Positions 13,768 through 25,631 of a stretch of DNA of 64,000 nt are shown in pieces. Each line of letters starts with the position of its first letter. The first letter of the stretch is position 1. A program made the position numbers and the translations under genes. This stretch comes from Podospora anserina. Lineage: Eukaryota. The stretch spans positions 2,666,001 to 2,730,000 of the forward strand of contig CM030337.1 of the NCBI GenBank assembly GCA_017654855.1, written 5' to 3'. The notes beneath the pieces are model-generated. The model was not told the origin of the DNA. It saw only the letters and a list, made by a program, of their open reading frames with translations, and made no database searches.

Positions 13768-15651
13768 ATGACCGCCTCAACACCCAACCTCAAGCCGGCG
13801 GGGTACGGCACCTCCTCCTCGTCCTCCTCTGGCTCATCCACCCCCCTACCATCACGCTCTCCCAAACAGAACATCGCCCGCGTCAGCATCATCAATAACA
13901 CCGACGTCGAGTCCCCTCTCCTATCCCCCAAATCCAATAATCCCCTCTTATCCAACCCCCAGAGCCTCAGCCAAGAGCACCAGATTGAGTCCAGATCCCT
14001 CCAAAAGGGCCTCTCCCAACGCCATCTCTCCATGCTGGGAATAGCAGGGTCCATCGGCACCGGTCTCTTCCTCGGCCTTGGCGGGGCAGTTTCTACGGGT
14101 GGTCCTCTCGGTGCACTGCTAGGCTATGCAGTCATCGGACTAGTCGTTTGCTCCGTGCAGTTTGCCCTGGGAGAGGTGACGGCTTTGATGCCTGTCACCG
14201 GATCATTCGTCAGACACGCCGAGGTGCTGGTTGATCCAGCCATGGGGTTTGCTATCGGGTGGAACTTGGTTTACGGCAATCTGTTGAGTATACCTTCTGA
14301 GATTGTGGCGGTTTGTGTGCTGGTCAAGTTTTGGACGGGGGATGGGCTGAACCCGGCGGCGGTGATCTTGCCGTTTATTGCACTCACGGGTGGGATAGGG
14401 ATGGCTTTTGTGAGGGTGTTTGGTGAGGTGGAGTTTGTGTTTGCCTTGTTGAAGATCTTGCTGGTTGTCTTTTTAATTGTGTTGGGTTTGGTGATCAATT
14501 TGGGGGGAGTGCCTGGGACTGGGGTGATTGGGTTCAGATATTGGCGAGATCCGGGTCCGTTTGTGGAGTATATTGCTCAAGGAGACTGGGGGAGGTTTCT
14601 CGGCTTCTGGGCAGTGATGACCGGGGCGGTGTTCAGTTTTGCGGGGGTGGAGTCTTTGGCTATGGCTGCCGCTGAGACGAGAAACCCGAGCGAGGCTATT
14701 CCCAGGGCTGTGAAGAGGGTCTTTGCGAGGATTGTCATCTTCTATGGTTTGGCGGTGTTTGTGGTGGGCTTGTTGGTGCCTAGCAATGATGAGAGGCTGA
14801 AGGGGAGTGGTGATACCGTGGCACAGAGTCCGTTTGTGCTTGCGGCCGCAGCAGCTGGGATCAAGGGGATCCCGAGCTTGGTGAATGCCATTGTGATCAC
14901 GTCGGCCTGGTCAGCGGCGAATCAGAGTTTGCTGGCGGGCACGAGGGTGTTGTATGGATTGGCACTGAAGGGACAAGCACCGAAGATCTTTTTGAGGACC
15001 ACGTCCTGGGGCACACCATATATGTGTGTCTTGTTGTTCACGGTCTTCATGTTTTTGAGCTTCTTGAGCCTGTCCGAGAACGCCATTAGCGTGTTCTGGT
15101 GGCTGGTCATGCTGACGGCAGCCGGGGTGTTGGTCTCTTGGAGTTCCATTCTGCTGAACCACATCCGGCTTCTCAAGGCTATGAAGAAGCAAGGCATTTC
15201 GACCGACAGACTGCCGTGGCACAATTGGTGGACGGGTAGGTCTTCATTCTTGGATGTGAGGGAAGCTGAAGTTGACAATCAGCAGAGTACACATCCCCAG
15301 TCGGGCTTGTCATGTGCCTCGTCATTTTGTTCACGAGCGGCTTCAGTGTCTTCACCACGGGCCGTTGGGACGCCGCCAAGTTTGTGTCGTCGTACCTGTC
15401 AGTCATTTGATTGTTTTGTGCAAACCTGTTGTCTTGATACTAACGTGACCTACAGTGACATTCCCATTGTCCTAGCTGCTTACCTGGGCTGGAAGTTCTT
15501 CCGCAAGACCTCGATCACTCCTCTCGATCAAATACCCCTTGAAGAAGCGTTTGAACAGGCCGAGGAGAACCTCTCGGTACAAACCCAAGGTTTCCAGCCA
15601 ACAAAGAAGACTAGAGGCTGGACAAGGTTCGTCAGCTGGATATGGGACTAG
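13768..15651 (+). CDS. Amino acid permease (APC/YAT family); introns 15236-15285 and 15398-15455
   Basis: LSQRHLSMLGIAGSIGTGLFLG, ALGEVTALMP, FGEVEF, GFRYWRDPGPF and FAGVESLAMAAAETRNP. The spliced C-terminus reads WWTEYTSPVGL...FVSSYLDIPIV. Confidence 0.94.
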   Translation: MTASTPNLKPAGYGTSSSSSSGSSTPLPSRSPKQNIARVSIINNTDVESPLLSPKSNNPLLSNPQSLSQEHQIESRSLQKGLSQRHLSMLGIAGSIGTGLFLGLGGAVSTGGPLGALLGYAVIGLVVCSVQFALGEVTALMPVTGSFVRHAEVLVDPAMGFAIGWNLVYGNLLSIPSEIVAVCVLVKFWTGDGLNPAAVILPFIALTGGIGMAFVRVFGEVEFVFALLKILLVVFLIVLGLVINLGGVPGTGVIGFRYWRDPGPFVEYIAQGDWGRFLGFWAVMTGAVFSFAGVESLAMAAAETRNPSEAIPRAVKRVFARIVIFYGLAVFVVGLLVPSNDERLKGSGDTVAQSPFVLAAAAAGIKGIPSLVNAIVITSAWSAANQSLLAGTRVLYGLALKGQAPKIFLRTTSWGTPYMCVLLFTVFMFLSFLSLSENAISVFWWLVMLTAAGVLVSWSSILLNHIRLLKAMKKQGISTDRLPWHNWWTGRSSFLDVREAEVDNQQSTHPQSGLSCASSFCSRAASVSSPRAVGTPPSLCRRTCQSFDCFVQTCCLDTNVTYSDIPIVLAAYLGWKFFRKTSITPLDQIPLEEAFEQAEENLSVQTQGFQPTKKTRGWTRFVSWIWD

Positions 15652-16201
15652 TATCTACTGTCTACCCCTCTTTTTCTCGTTATCATCGTTATCTTGTATG
15701 CAATTTGCCTGTTATCGGCAAGGTGGAATTGTTTCTCGAGCAATTGTGTTGGAATCGAAGCATTGCTAGGGTTCGCAACGGTTATGGGGCTGGTCAATTG
15801 TCCGAATGGTAGCACTGTCATTTTTTGGCGTTGTTCTTTCAGATCATTGACTAGTGTTCGAAGCGTTGTCAACCTGGAAATGCTTTAATTGCAGCGAAAT
15901 TGGTCGAGGAGCGGCTGCCGGGCATGGAGGGAATGACGGGTACTGCAAATCAGAAGCCCACTTGATCTACTGCACTGTATCTATCCTTTATTGTCGTTGA
16001 AGAGTATTCTGACAAGATTCTATCTCATTATTCGGCGTGTGTGTGTGAGTCACGTTTATTAGCCGAAGGCCACCCAGCAGCGACCTCGTGAGAAATACTA
16101 TTTAGGGATAGGTACAGGCAGACTCGTAATGATTGCTGAGGAGTGTTTTCCCCAGCCCATTCAAGCCTTTCAATCACAGTGATGGGAATAAAAAAAAGTC
16201 A

Positions 16202-16273
16202 AGGACTAGACGCGATTTGAACGCGTGACCTACCGGACTGCAGCCGGTTGCTCTACCCCTGAGCTACTGGTCC
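16202..16273 (-). tRNA. tRNA-Cys(GCA), intronless, one acceptor-stem mismatch
   Basis: Minus strand reads GGACCAG TAGCTCAGGGGTAGAGC A ACCGG CT GCA GT CCGGT AGGTC ACGCG TTCAAAT CGCGT CTAGTCC T, followed by a T-run (plus-strand A8 at 16190-16197). Confidence 0.92.
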
Positions 16274-16380
16274 TCTTCTTATTCAGATAACAAGCTGGCT
16301 TAATCCACCCTAGTTTACATCTTTCAACCTAGCCCTTTGACCATTAAAGCTACCTACCATATCCATTACCTGCACCCCGC

Positions 16381-17195
16381 TCACTCCCAAGAATCAACTT
16401 CCCTCATAAACTCATTCTCCCGAACCCCATTCTCAAAAACCTCCCACCCCAAATGGCTGGTATGCCCCCAGGGTTTTAGTTTCTTCTCATTGGCGATAGC
16501 AGCAGAGAAACACCCGCTCCAGCCCTTTCTAGGGTAAGCCTTGTTCACCTCGACCTTGGTGTCTAGGTGGATGAGATACGGGCGAAGGGACATGTTATCG
16601 TAAACTGTGGCTAGTTGGAGGATTTGTCCCAAGACTGTGATGGTGCCTACTGTGCCGAGGTCTTGGTGTCGGATTATGGCTTCTGCTACGGCTTCTGCTT
16701 GCGACTTGTTGCCGTTGAGTTCTTTTAGGAGGTCGAGGGCTATCACCCCGCCTTGGAACTCGAATGAGAGGAGGGTGGAGGATTGGTTGGAGGGGGTGGT
16801 GCCGATGTCGTGGAGGAGACAGGTCAGGGCTATGGTGGAGGGCGAGATGGGGGGGAGGGAGGGGAATTGTTGTTGCATGATGATGGTTGCTGGTTGGGGG
16901 GGTTAGGAGGATGGGGAGGGGGGTGGTGGAGGGGAAAGGGGTGAAGGGGCGTACACCAGTAGAAAACCCGCATGGAGTGGTTGTAGGTTTGGATTGGGAG
17001 CTTTTCCTTCGCGTACTCCTGCACCTTGGCGACCAAGGGGTCGGTAGAGCTTGGATAGGGGATGGACGAGAGAGGGACCGGGGTGGGTTGGTGGAGGAAT
17101 GGTTTTCCCTGGAAGATGGCGTCCTGGTCCACGGGGAGGGGAGTGAAACCGTGGAGGGATATGAGGTCGTCGCGGGAGAGGGTAGGGGTCGTCAT
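16381..17195 (-). CDS. Cyanamide hydratase / urea hydro-lyase (HD superfamily, DDI2/3-like); intron 16890-16954
   Basis: TYNHSMRVFYW, TCLLHDIGT, SFEFQGG, AEAIIRHQDLG, GQILQLATVYDN, YPRKGWSGCF and KPWGHTSHL. Confidence 0.9.
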
Positions 17196-17897
17196 CGTGA
17201 ACTGAGTATCGTTCTCAGTGTTGTTGGTGTGAAAACAATGTTTTACTCCTGGTGAGGTGAGGTTGATTATGGGATTTTATATCCCAGTTACTGATCGTGG
17301 AGACGATGAGTCGAGCTTTGTCATCACGACGTCAACACATGCACTTACTAACACCCATCATGGCATGATGCCTGCATAATCCACATTTACAGTCGCAGCC
17401 GCCCGGAAACATTTATCCTCTTGTTCCTGTACTCATATTAGAGGACGTCTAAAGACAGAAAAGCAGTCCCGTGAATGCCGAGCTGTGTCCGAAGGGCGTC
17501 ACAAACGACAATGTCGTAGAATGCTTAGTCAACGCCGGTGGTAGATGTTGACCCTGTGGGACCTTTCTCCACGGGCAGCAACATGCTGTCCTTGATTTGG
17601 TGCAGAAATAACTTCCATATCAAGAATCAGAAATACACAGAAAAAAGAAATCAATGCTTCGATGACCCCATCTCTTTTTTCAACACCTTTTCCTGTCATA
17701 TTCTCTCTCCAACTTGTCCCATCCTCATACTACGTGTGGCTGGGTATTGCTGGCAGGATAAAAGGAGAGCTTCCAGCCTCGATAGAATTTGTGTTGGTGG
17801 GTATTATTCCTCCTCCAATGCCCGTCCCCTATCTAGTCGTCCATTATCTGGCTCTTGGTCCTCCTTCTTCATCCCCGATGTTGGGTCTGGGCACAAT

Positions 17898-18227
17898 CTA
17901 TTCGCACCAGCAGTTCTTCTCGCACTGGGCCATCATGTTGTTGTGAAACCCGGTGGCGTCGCAGTATGGCTTATTGCTGTTTGACAGGCAAAAGTCGCTG
18001 AGGCCCTGTGTCTTGCATCGGGGGATACCGGCGTTGACGTTGCCCACTGTCGCCGGCGTGTTGGTCCCTTGCTCCACTTGATTGACTGAGTCTTCTGGTG
18101 TGGGAAGGGCGAGGGCGAAGGGCAGAAGGAAGAGGGTGAGCAAGTGCGTGGTTGGTTGCTACACGGGCCAAGGTTAGTTAGATGTCACGGTGCGAGGTCC
18201 AAGAGGGAAGGTTGCACATACCTTCAT
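17898..18227 (-). CDS. Small secreted cysteine-rich protein (88 aa); intron 18159-18221
   Basis: ATG AAG, then a GTATGT...CTAAC...TAG intron, giving MKQPTTHLLTLFLLPFALA-LPTPEDS...CKTQGLSDFCLSNSNKPYCDATGFHNNMMAQCEKNCWCE; signal peptide plus six Cys. Confidence 0.8.
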
Positions 18228-19408
18228 GATGGCTAATAGACGTTAGAAGTGAGGGGTGACAGAGTTTGATGGAGTGTCTTGTGTCAAGCGACGATCTTTT
18301 CAGGGGAGTTTTTTTTAAAAAAAAATAAATAAAAAAATAAAAGCGATCGGCAAGATGGTGTAGATCCAGCGGAGTGGTGAGCGGGAGAGAACCTGGTCGG
18401 TCACGGCAACGTGATTCTTATACTGCTGTATCACCGGATGGACAGGGTGGAGCCGATGGGAGCAAGGATGCTTCAGAGAGCAAGTGGGAGTCTAGACGTC
18501 GTATTCTAGATTCGCTCGTGGTAGCGGTCGGTGACATGTTCTAGGCGTGACATCCATGGATCGCCGACACCGAGAACCAGGCGAGGAAGGACAGGACCGG
18601 ATTTATGATACTTATTTAGACCATGACGAGTCCCCAACTCCCGGGATATGCACGTTTCAGGCCGGCACGACGGTCACTGCAATGGAATGCAACAGCAGGT
18701 GCGAGGTCCGGCGGGGGAAATGATTTGCAACCTGGGCGCTGGGAATGGACGGGTCCGCTGCCAAGGGGCAAAAAGACTCGAAAGAGCAAGGCGGAAGGGG
18801 TCGGATCTCCGAATAGGCAGTTTGGTAACTGACAAGTTGGGATGGTTACACTCCTGATAGAAGTCGGAACATGGCAGGCAATGGAAGGTGGGGTTCCATG
18901 CCCCCGCCAGGCATGTCTCACTGCCTCACCTGCCCCAAGAATTCTTTTCGCCTTCTTTTTGTTATTTTTACTCTTCTTCACGTTCCGTGTCTCGATTTGT
19001 CGGGAAGCTCTGCACGCCGTGTGCATGCTATCGCCGAATCAGACAGCGTCCCGGATGGATGCAACGACTGTGGTCTCCCGTCCCGACGGTCCAATCGCCC
19101 TGTGGTAACACTCGGCATATAGTGCTGTTAATTTATCCAGATTTCACCCGCAGACGAGGGGTAGTCTTCAAGTACAACAAGTTCAACTCTTTTATGCCGG
19201 CATGTCCTTGCTTTATGGTTATTTTGACGAGTCCACCACATGGAACGGGTAAGCACAGACAATTCATTCCCCTCTGCCTGGCTGGAATCTTTCTATTTTT
19301 ATATACTTGATCATCACGAGGTTTTCGAGTTCCTTGCAGACACTCACCCACATGCTATCGCTAAAGATGGGGCTCGGTACCTGTTCCGTGTGGTCAATTG
19401 ATGTCTTG

Positions 19409-20400
19409 TCAGTCAGGGCAGCAGGCAGAATATATGTTCATAGTCTTCATCCTCTCCATCGTCTTGGACAGTCTCAGCGCGGTGATGATCCCCCACCATG
19501 GTCCAAATCGTGTTGGGTGTGCCCCAAACCCCCAAACACGAGCCACTTCAACATCCAGCTCCTTGAAGGTGTTTGTAGATCGCCGGAGATGCTTCACAAT
19601 CTTCGGTCAGAGATAGTAATGGCTGGTATCCATTCCCCCTCCACCATGCAGAAGTTGGTCCCAGCCACCCGCCTCCACGCCATACAAGAACTCCAATAAA
19701 TTTGCCCACGTTGACCCTTGCTTCGAATGCTTAGTGTTAACCCTTCCCACGCCGTTTAGTTGTGTGAATAGCGTCTACGGACCATGAGTTGCAGCCCGAT
19801 GACTCCGCCCTCGAGATACGTATAAGCGCATGAGACTGGCTCGATAAAGATGAGTGGCAGTCCACTTGGGATGATCTGTTGAAAAATCTTCGCAAGTGAC
19901 CCTCGCAGGTGATAGTGATCAATGGATTTTAATATTCTCTCGGCGTGTGGAAGATGGCGTTTGATCGCGCAGGATTTCTTCAGATGTCCAAATAGGCCAG
20001 GACCGATAGCTGACCCCCTTCGTGGGTTTGAGCGCGATGCTAGCGAAGTCGGAGATGATGTCGTCGATTATCTCGAGCTTCTCACACATTCCTTCAAGCT
20101 CTCGAAAAGTGGGAGGCATACGGTAAATAAATGTTTCCAAGCTGAGATCTGTGTAGGCCTCGAACCGGTCGAAAGAGCACGCGATGCTGAGGAACGGGTC
20201 GATGCCTCCGAGGCGTCGATACAGGTGTTGCTCCCAATCCGGCCCGCTGTAGATCCGGAGAATTTCTGGTGACAGTCTCTTCAGGGTGACCACATCCTTA
20301 ATTGGCATGTGAATCAGAGTGAGGTCTAATATCTCGAGCGGAAGGTCCAGGAGAGGAAAGCTGGCCTGTACAGTCGATCTTGCTCCGGAAGAGGCCGCAT
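19409..20400 (-). pseudogene. F-box-like family paralog A (disrupted)
   Basis: LLDLPLEILDLTLIHMPIKDVVTLKRLSPEILRIY (F-box-like). Similarity to paralog B continues in other frames (LAKIFQQIIPSGLPLIFIEPVSCAYTYL; HYYL*PKI versus HYIWPQI). Several frameshifts and stops; the 3' limit is approximate. Confidence 0.7.
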
Positions 20401-21683
20401 GGTTGCAAATGTCGAGCGTGAAACTGCCCTGGGCTACCGTGCTTGATTTGGTTCGACGTGATGCCAACGGTTGACAGTTGGCGTTCAGTGCTCGCCGTGT
20501 GATCTTTTTCAGTAGGATTTGGACTGAATGGCAGATCTCATGACTCGGATGCTTTCAAGCTTTGTCATGAGGAAAGAAGGACAGCTGGGGTGAAGGTTCC
20601 CATTTTAAAAAGATGGAAAAGAAAGATACTTTCTGACAGCCCAGCCTCTTGAAAACCTTAATGACGCCACAAAGTCAAATCAGGGACACCCACATCCCCA
20701 CATACCAACGAGTAGCTCCTGCCTATCCGTGCCCACATGTCATTGAGGCGTCGGTATGGAAATTCTCGGACGTCATCCTCTGGTGTGTTGAGGATGCTTG
20801 GTCTCGGACATGTCGATCTTTGACAAGGTAGCCTGCGTGTGGTACGACCAGAACGGAAGAAGTGAGTACAAACTGATGATGTATTTGGGAGTATCTGAAC
20901 GGAGCAAGCCAACCGGCTAATCTAATATATCCTCGCTGCGGAAGTGGGCCAGGGCAGAACCCTGGGAGCAACCTGCTCCCTGCCAGTAAGACCCACGGAG
21001 CAACCCACACCACATTGCGCCAGATACTATGCAACAAAGAGAAAGCTAGCGTTGGGAACCGTGTTGGTATCTGTATCTTGGATGGAAACCATGTTGATCG
21101 TACTACTGGCCGGAACCCCTCCAGGCCAACTTCAAATCTAGCATCGCAAAGCATGACGGGAGTGGTGAAAGCCGTCACACTGGCAAGGACAATAACACTA
21201 CGTGTGCTTCATTCTGGTCTTTATCAGATGTTAATGAACGGCATGATGCGGCATCTACGCAGTTACAAAGACCGTGATTAAGAATAAAGGTAGATTCGAC
21301 GAGGTAATTAACGACTACCTTGTATAGGTAGCAAGATTGTTGGCCGCTGTTTGAAGCTTTGCGTCAAGGAAATTGTGAAGATATACCCCTCGCTTTGGCC
21401 CCATGGCCAAGGATGTCCTTTTGGTACGGCAGAAGTGGCATCTGAGATACAGACGTTTCAAGAACTGGCTGAATAGCAAGCGCTTCATGTCCTGACAGGC
21501 TTGGACGGGTAACTGAGTGCCCTCCTCGTTCCCCAGAAGAAGAGCTTAACCAGCAGTCGTCTGCCGCTACCATTGCAACTTACTAGACGATGACCCTCAC
21601 GAAGGGCTCATCATCATCATCATCCTCACTTTGCTCCTCACTTTTTCACCATCCTAGAACCCCTTCTTCATCACAGAAACGAT

Positions 21684-22912
21684 CTATTTCTTCTTCGCCC
21701 TCGCCTCCTTCTTGACCTCCTTCAGCGTCCCCCTATCCGTCATTACCTCGTTAACATCACCTTCGTCGTTGCGGCTGGCTCGTGTTATAAGCTCGGCGCA
21801 CTTCTTCAAAGCCAGCCTCTTGCCCTTCTCATCCCCATCCCGCCACCCAGGCTGGACCTGGGCAATCCAGCCCACCGTTTCCGCGTCGGTCCATCCCAAG
21901 GATTGGACCCTCTCCTCGTCCCAGAAGACCCAACCCCTGAGAGCCGGACCAGTAAACTCCCAGCGTTCGTGGGACCAATGGTTGCAATCCCCATGATGGA
22001 TTTCCCGCTTCTCACGCGTCATCCTATCCGCTAGCATCTTCCAAACCGAATTGCAAGACCCCCACACACGTAAGGTAATGCCCTGTTCGATGGTGCTTGG
22101 TGCTTTGTGCCAGATGTTGATCATGTTACAAGTCGGTTCAGTTAGCACCGTATATATCTGTGGCCAAATGTAATGAGGGTACAGATCCCAACCTTTATAC
22201 AACAATGTCAATAACCCCTTATTCCGGAGACCCTTGGGCATAACACGTTCAGTCGCTCCAACGTCCCAACTGACTGGCATTTTGACTGCCAACGACAGAG
22301 CCTTTGGCCCCTGACTAGCCAGCCGTTGAGAACACCAATCGATCATCTGCTTGTGTCCGATGCAAGGAAAGCATGGCCTATCCTGCCTCTCCGCGCACGT
22401 ATGATGCCCGGAGCTGAACTCCATTCTCGTGGCGAGCATTATCCGTTTCCAGTACAAGTACATATACGTGTAGACGCTCGACAGCGCTTCGAGGAAGGTT
22501 TCAGAGGGCGTTGGAAGCAACTCCTGGGCCAGGCGAGCAAGCGTCTCAGGCCCGCGACCGAGCGGTTCTGCCTCGCAGCCGAACGAGCAATCGACGATGA
22601 CATCCAAACGCTCGGTCATGTGGTGGAGATTGGAAGCTGTTGGTTCTTGTGCAAGTCTGAGCTGCAGAGACTCAAGCTTGAGGTCCTCGATCGAACTCGG
22701 TAAGCAGCTTTAATGTTGGGCAACGCGCCGTAGAGGCGACGGTGTAAATGCTTCTCTCATTCAGTGCCGGTGTAGATTCTGAAGATTGCCGGGATGCTGC
22801 TTTTAACTGTCCAGCCGTCCCTGACTGGCATGCTCAGAAGGATTTGGTCGATGATCTCCAAGGGGAGCTGGCCAAGAAAACTTGGAGAATAGCCTTGAAA
22901 TATAGCAGCCAT
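21684..22912 (-). pseudogene. F-box-like family paralog B (disrupted 5' part, 311-codon 3' part intact)
   Basis: MAAIFQGYSPSFLGQLPLEIIDQILLSMPVRD...IFRIYTGTE*EKHLHRRL, with TGA at 22757-22759 where paralog A has Trp. A frameshift near 22700 leads into the ORF containing GWVFWDEERVQSLGW. Confidence 0.75.
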
Positions 22913-23877
22913 GATGAACACGTTTGACTCTGTTGTGCTGATGTGCTGGTGAAGGAAGATCGGTTCTGGTTGTTTGGGCGGCGCAGATTCACGTGGTATG
23001 GATTGTGTGACTGCCTCGGCGTGTGACCTCCATTCTGTGAAGACTTTGTCAAATCAAAGCTTTGCTGCTGGTTGTCTGGGTCATGGGATTGAACCCACCA
23101 GTATAATGGTTTGTGCTGGTACGAGAGTTGGTTCTGTGTGGGAACTCAAGCTGTAATAAAGGATTGAATTGACTGAACGGGAGGAAAAAGAAAACAGGTC
23201 GGTTGAGTGTGAGGGGACTCCCCTAAATACATGTTGGAAAGGACACCTTGCCAGACACTGGCCTCTGGAAAGCCTCAGGAAAAGTCTCAGGAAAGGTCAC
23301 CTGGAAAGCCACGACCTCAAACTCCTCGTATTGCCCGATCTATCAAACCTTGGGATGCCACACAGCGTCCTACAGGCTTTTGAACCTTTTCAGAACCTTA
23401 ATGATATCAGGGGCGCCAACCACGCCACAGACCCACAGGAAGATTCAACACATGGGTGAATGCCATTGAGAATCTATACCATCCGAAAATTGAACCTGTG
23501 TAAAAGCCTCAAATTCTTCGGCCGCAAGTATTTGGCAACCTACCTGGAAATCAGACGATGCTGAGCCAGGTGATTAACACCTACTAACACAGTTGCTCGT
23601 GTTGACAGTGGTGCTCCTGCTCCGCTTCATATACATCAGTGTTATTGAAGGCCACCGATGGTGGTAAATGGTGCTTTGTGGTGGGCAATATTTTGCTGAG
23701 GACTCTGACAAAAGGGGGTAAACTCTTACAGTTGAGACCGTCAACAGCTTCTCTCTCATTACTGTAGCATCCCTCTAACAACTATCAGCGGCCATCACGT
23801 TCTTTGTGAACACTCTGATTCGAGGAAATGACACCCGTCTCCATCTAATCATCATTTTCCACTGCGCACTCCAGAAT

Positions 23878-25376
23878 TTAGCTCAGTGGAAGGGGAGTGC
23901 ATCGCACCCTCTCAATGAAACACCTCCCTTCTCGCATACTCTCCAGTCTCCCACTCTCGGTAAAATATGCCACCTCTCCCTGAGCAATCCAACCCAAAAC
24001 ATCCACCTTATCCCATCCGATCCTTTTGATACGCTCGTCATCCCAGAGCGTCCATCCTCTTGATGACAAATTCCCAAACTCTACTCGATACCATTCATCA
24101 CCTCAACCCCACATAGAGCACCCCCAAACCTCATCCCATGTCGGTATTCACGTGCTTGATGGGTAAGGACGGGCATCTGAATATGAAAAGCAACTCGACA
24201 TTGACCTCTGACTTTCTTCTGCAACAATCCTCCACGACAAGTTGCCGGCCTCGGCTTCTTCTTTTGTTGTACACTGTGAGCATGGGCAGATCCCAGTGGT
24301 CTAAGCCAGATGAACTGTCTCATATCCTCATGGCCGAGAGCGGACTGAGATGAATGATACGAGAAGCTTTCAATGTCCCAATAGGTGTCCCTATAGTAGT
24401 CGTGGTGGTCCTGTTCAGTAGGAGAATCGTGAGCGGAGATCTGCAACCCTCGCCAGAGGCCCTCGGGACCAAGGCCACACAAAGGTCTCTCTATACTCAA
24501 GACGAAAAGAGTGGTCACAGCACCGACTACACTGAACGTATCTGAGTGGTCCCTCAGTAGGATAGGGTTCGCGAGGAGAGCAAAAAGTACAAACATGCTT
24601 CTTTTCGCGGCGGCGTCGTGGGAGGGATGGGTGTTTGATGTGCATTGCACGTATGCTAAGTCTCAAAATGGCATCCCACGTCATATACATGTAGTCGTGA
24701 ATAGCACAGACAGATTGCTGCTGGTCGAGCGGTAGAACAGGCAAGAAGCCTCCACGCGAGGTGTCTTTCGCACCCTCAAGAAAGTCCGACCGCCACATCA
24801 TCTCGGGGAAATGTCGTCGCATTCGGCAGTTGAGGCAGCAAGCAATGGAGACCACAGGAAACGCATGCCTGAGCCGCGAGAGCTCCTGCTACGACAAAGT
24901 ATAAACAGACCAGTAGATCCGCTTCTCATGTTGCGGTTTGTAGATCTCGAAGAGCCCTAAGCCCTCGCGTAAAGTGGGGTGAGCCCTCGAAGGAAGGTTT
25001 CTGTATGCATGTCGAACGCGTTGTCCCGGGTACAAGGCCTTCTTGTAGACACCGATAATCAGATCGTCGATTTTGTCCAAATGGTGGCACATGGACATCA
25101 GATCTTCCGTGGTCAACGTCTTGTCCTTTGCGCAGGCCATCTATTGAAGCTTCGAGATGCTCTCAGTTTCTCAGGCTCGGAGTTTGTGTGGCATGGTGAG
25201 AAGCGTCAAGTCGGAGGGTAAACGGCGTTTGACGTATTCGACAAGGTTCTCCCCATTGTATGCCCGCAGCAGTGTTGGGGAGGCTGCTCGCAGATTGATG
25301 ACATCTTTGAAGGGGGGGTTGAGAGGATTAAATCCTGAAGCTCGAGAGGCAGCCTGTCCAGAATATCCCTGACCAT
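23878..25376 (-). pseudogene. F-box-like family paralog C (disrupted)
   Basis: MVRDILDRLPLELQDLILS, then a frameshift at the G7 run 25312-25318 into FKDVINLRAASPTLLRAY. In-frame stops separate LMSMCHHLDKIDDLI and SVCAIHDYMYMTW; the C-terminal block is GWTLWDDERIKRIGWDKVDVLGWIAQ. Confidence 0.75.
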
Positions 25377-25631
25377 GATCCCAACGGGCAATGATGGGTG
25401 CTAAAAGCATGCGATCAAGACAAGAATCAGCAGATGAAGGGTGGAAGGGCAGTATTGAGCTTTTGGCCACCAAAAGTCAATCTCTGTTCTAAGGTTTGGC
25501 GCACCGACATGGCTGAACGCCTCGCCTTGATACGAGGTCGGGCAACTTGATAAGGTTAGGTATACCGCTGACGCCAGGACCTCTCCATCGCCAACCCAAA
25601 CGGCTTTCTCACCCATCACAATCCAGCCCAA

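Noticed and set aside
15236-15455. Intron-retained permease isoform (unspliced ORF stays open)
   Set aside because: The introns of 50 and 58 nt sum to 108 by chance, and the read-through loses the final transmembrane helices.
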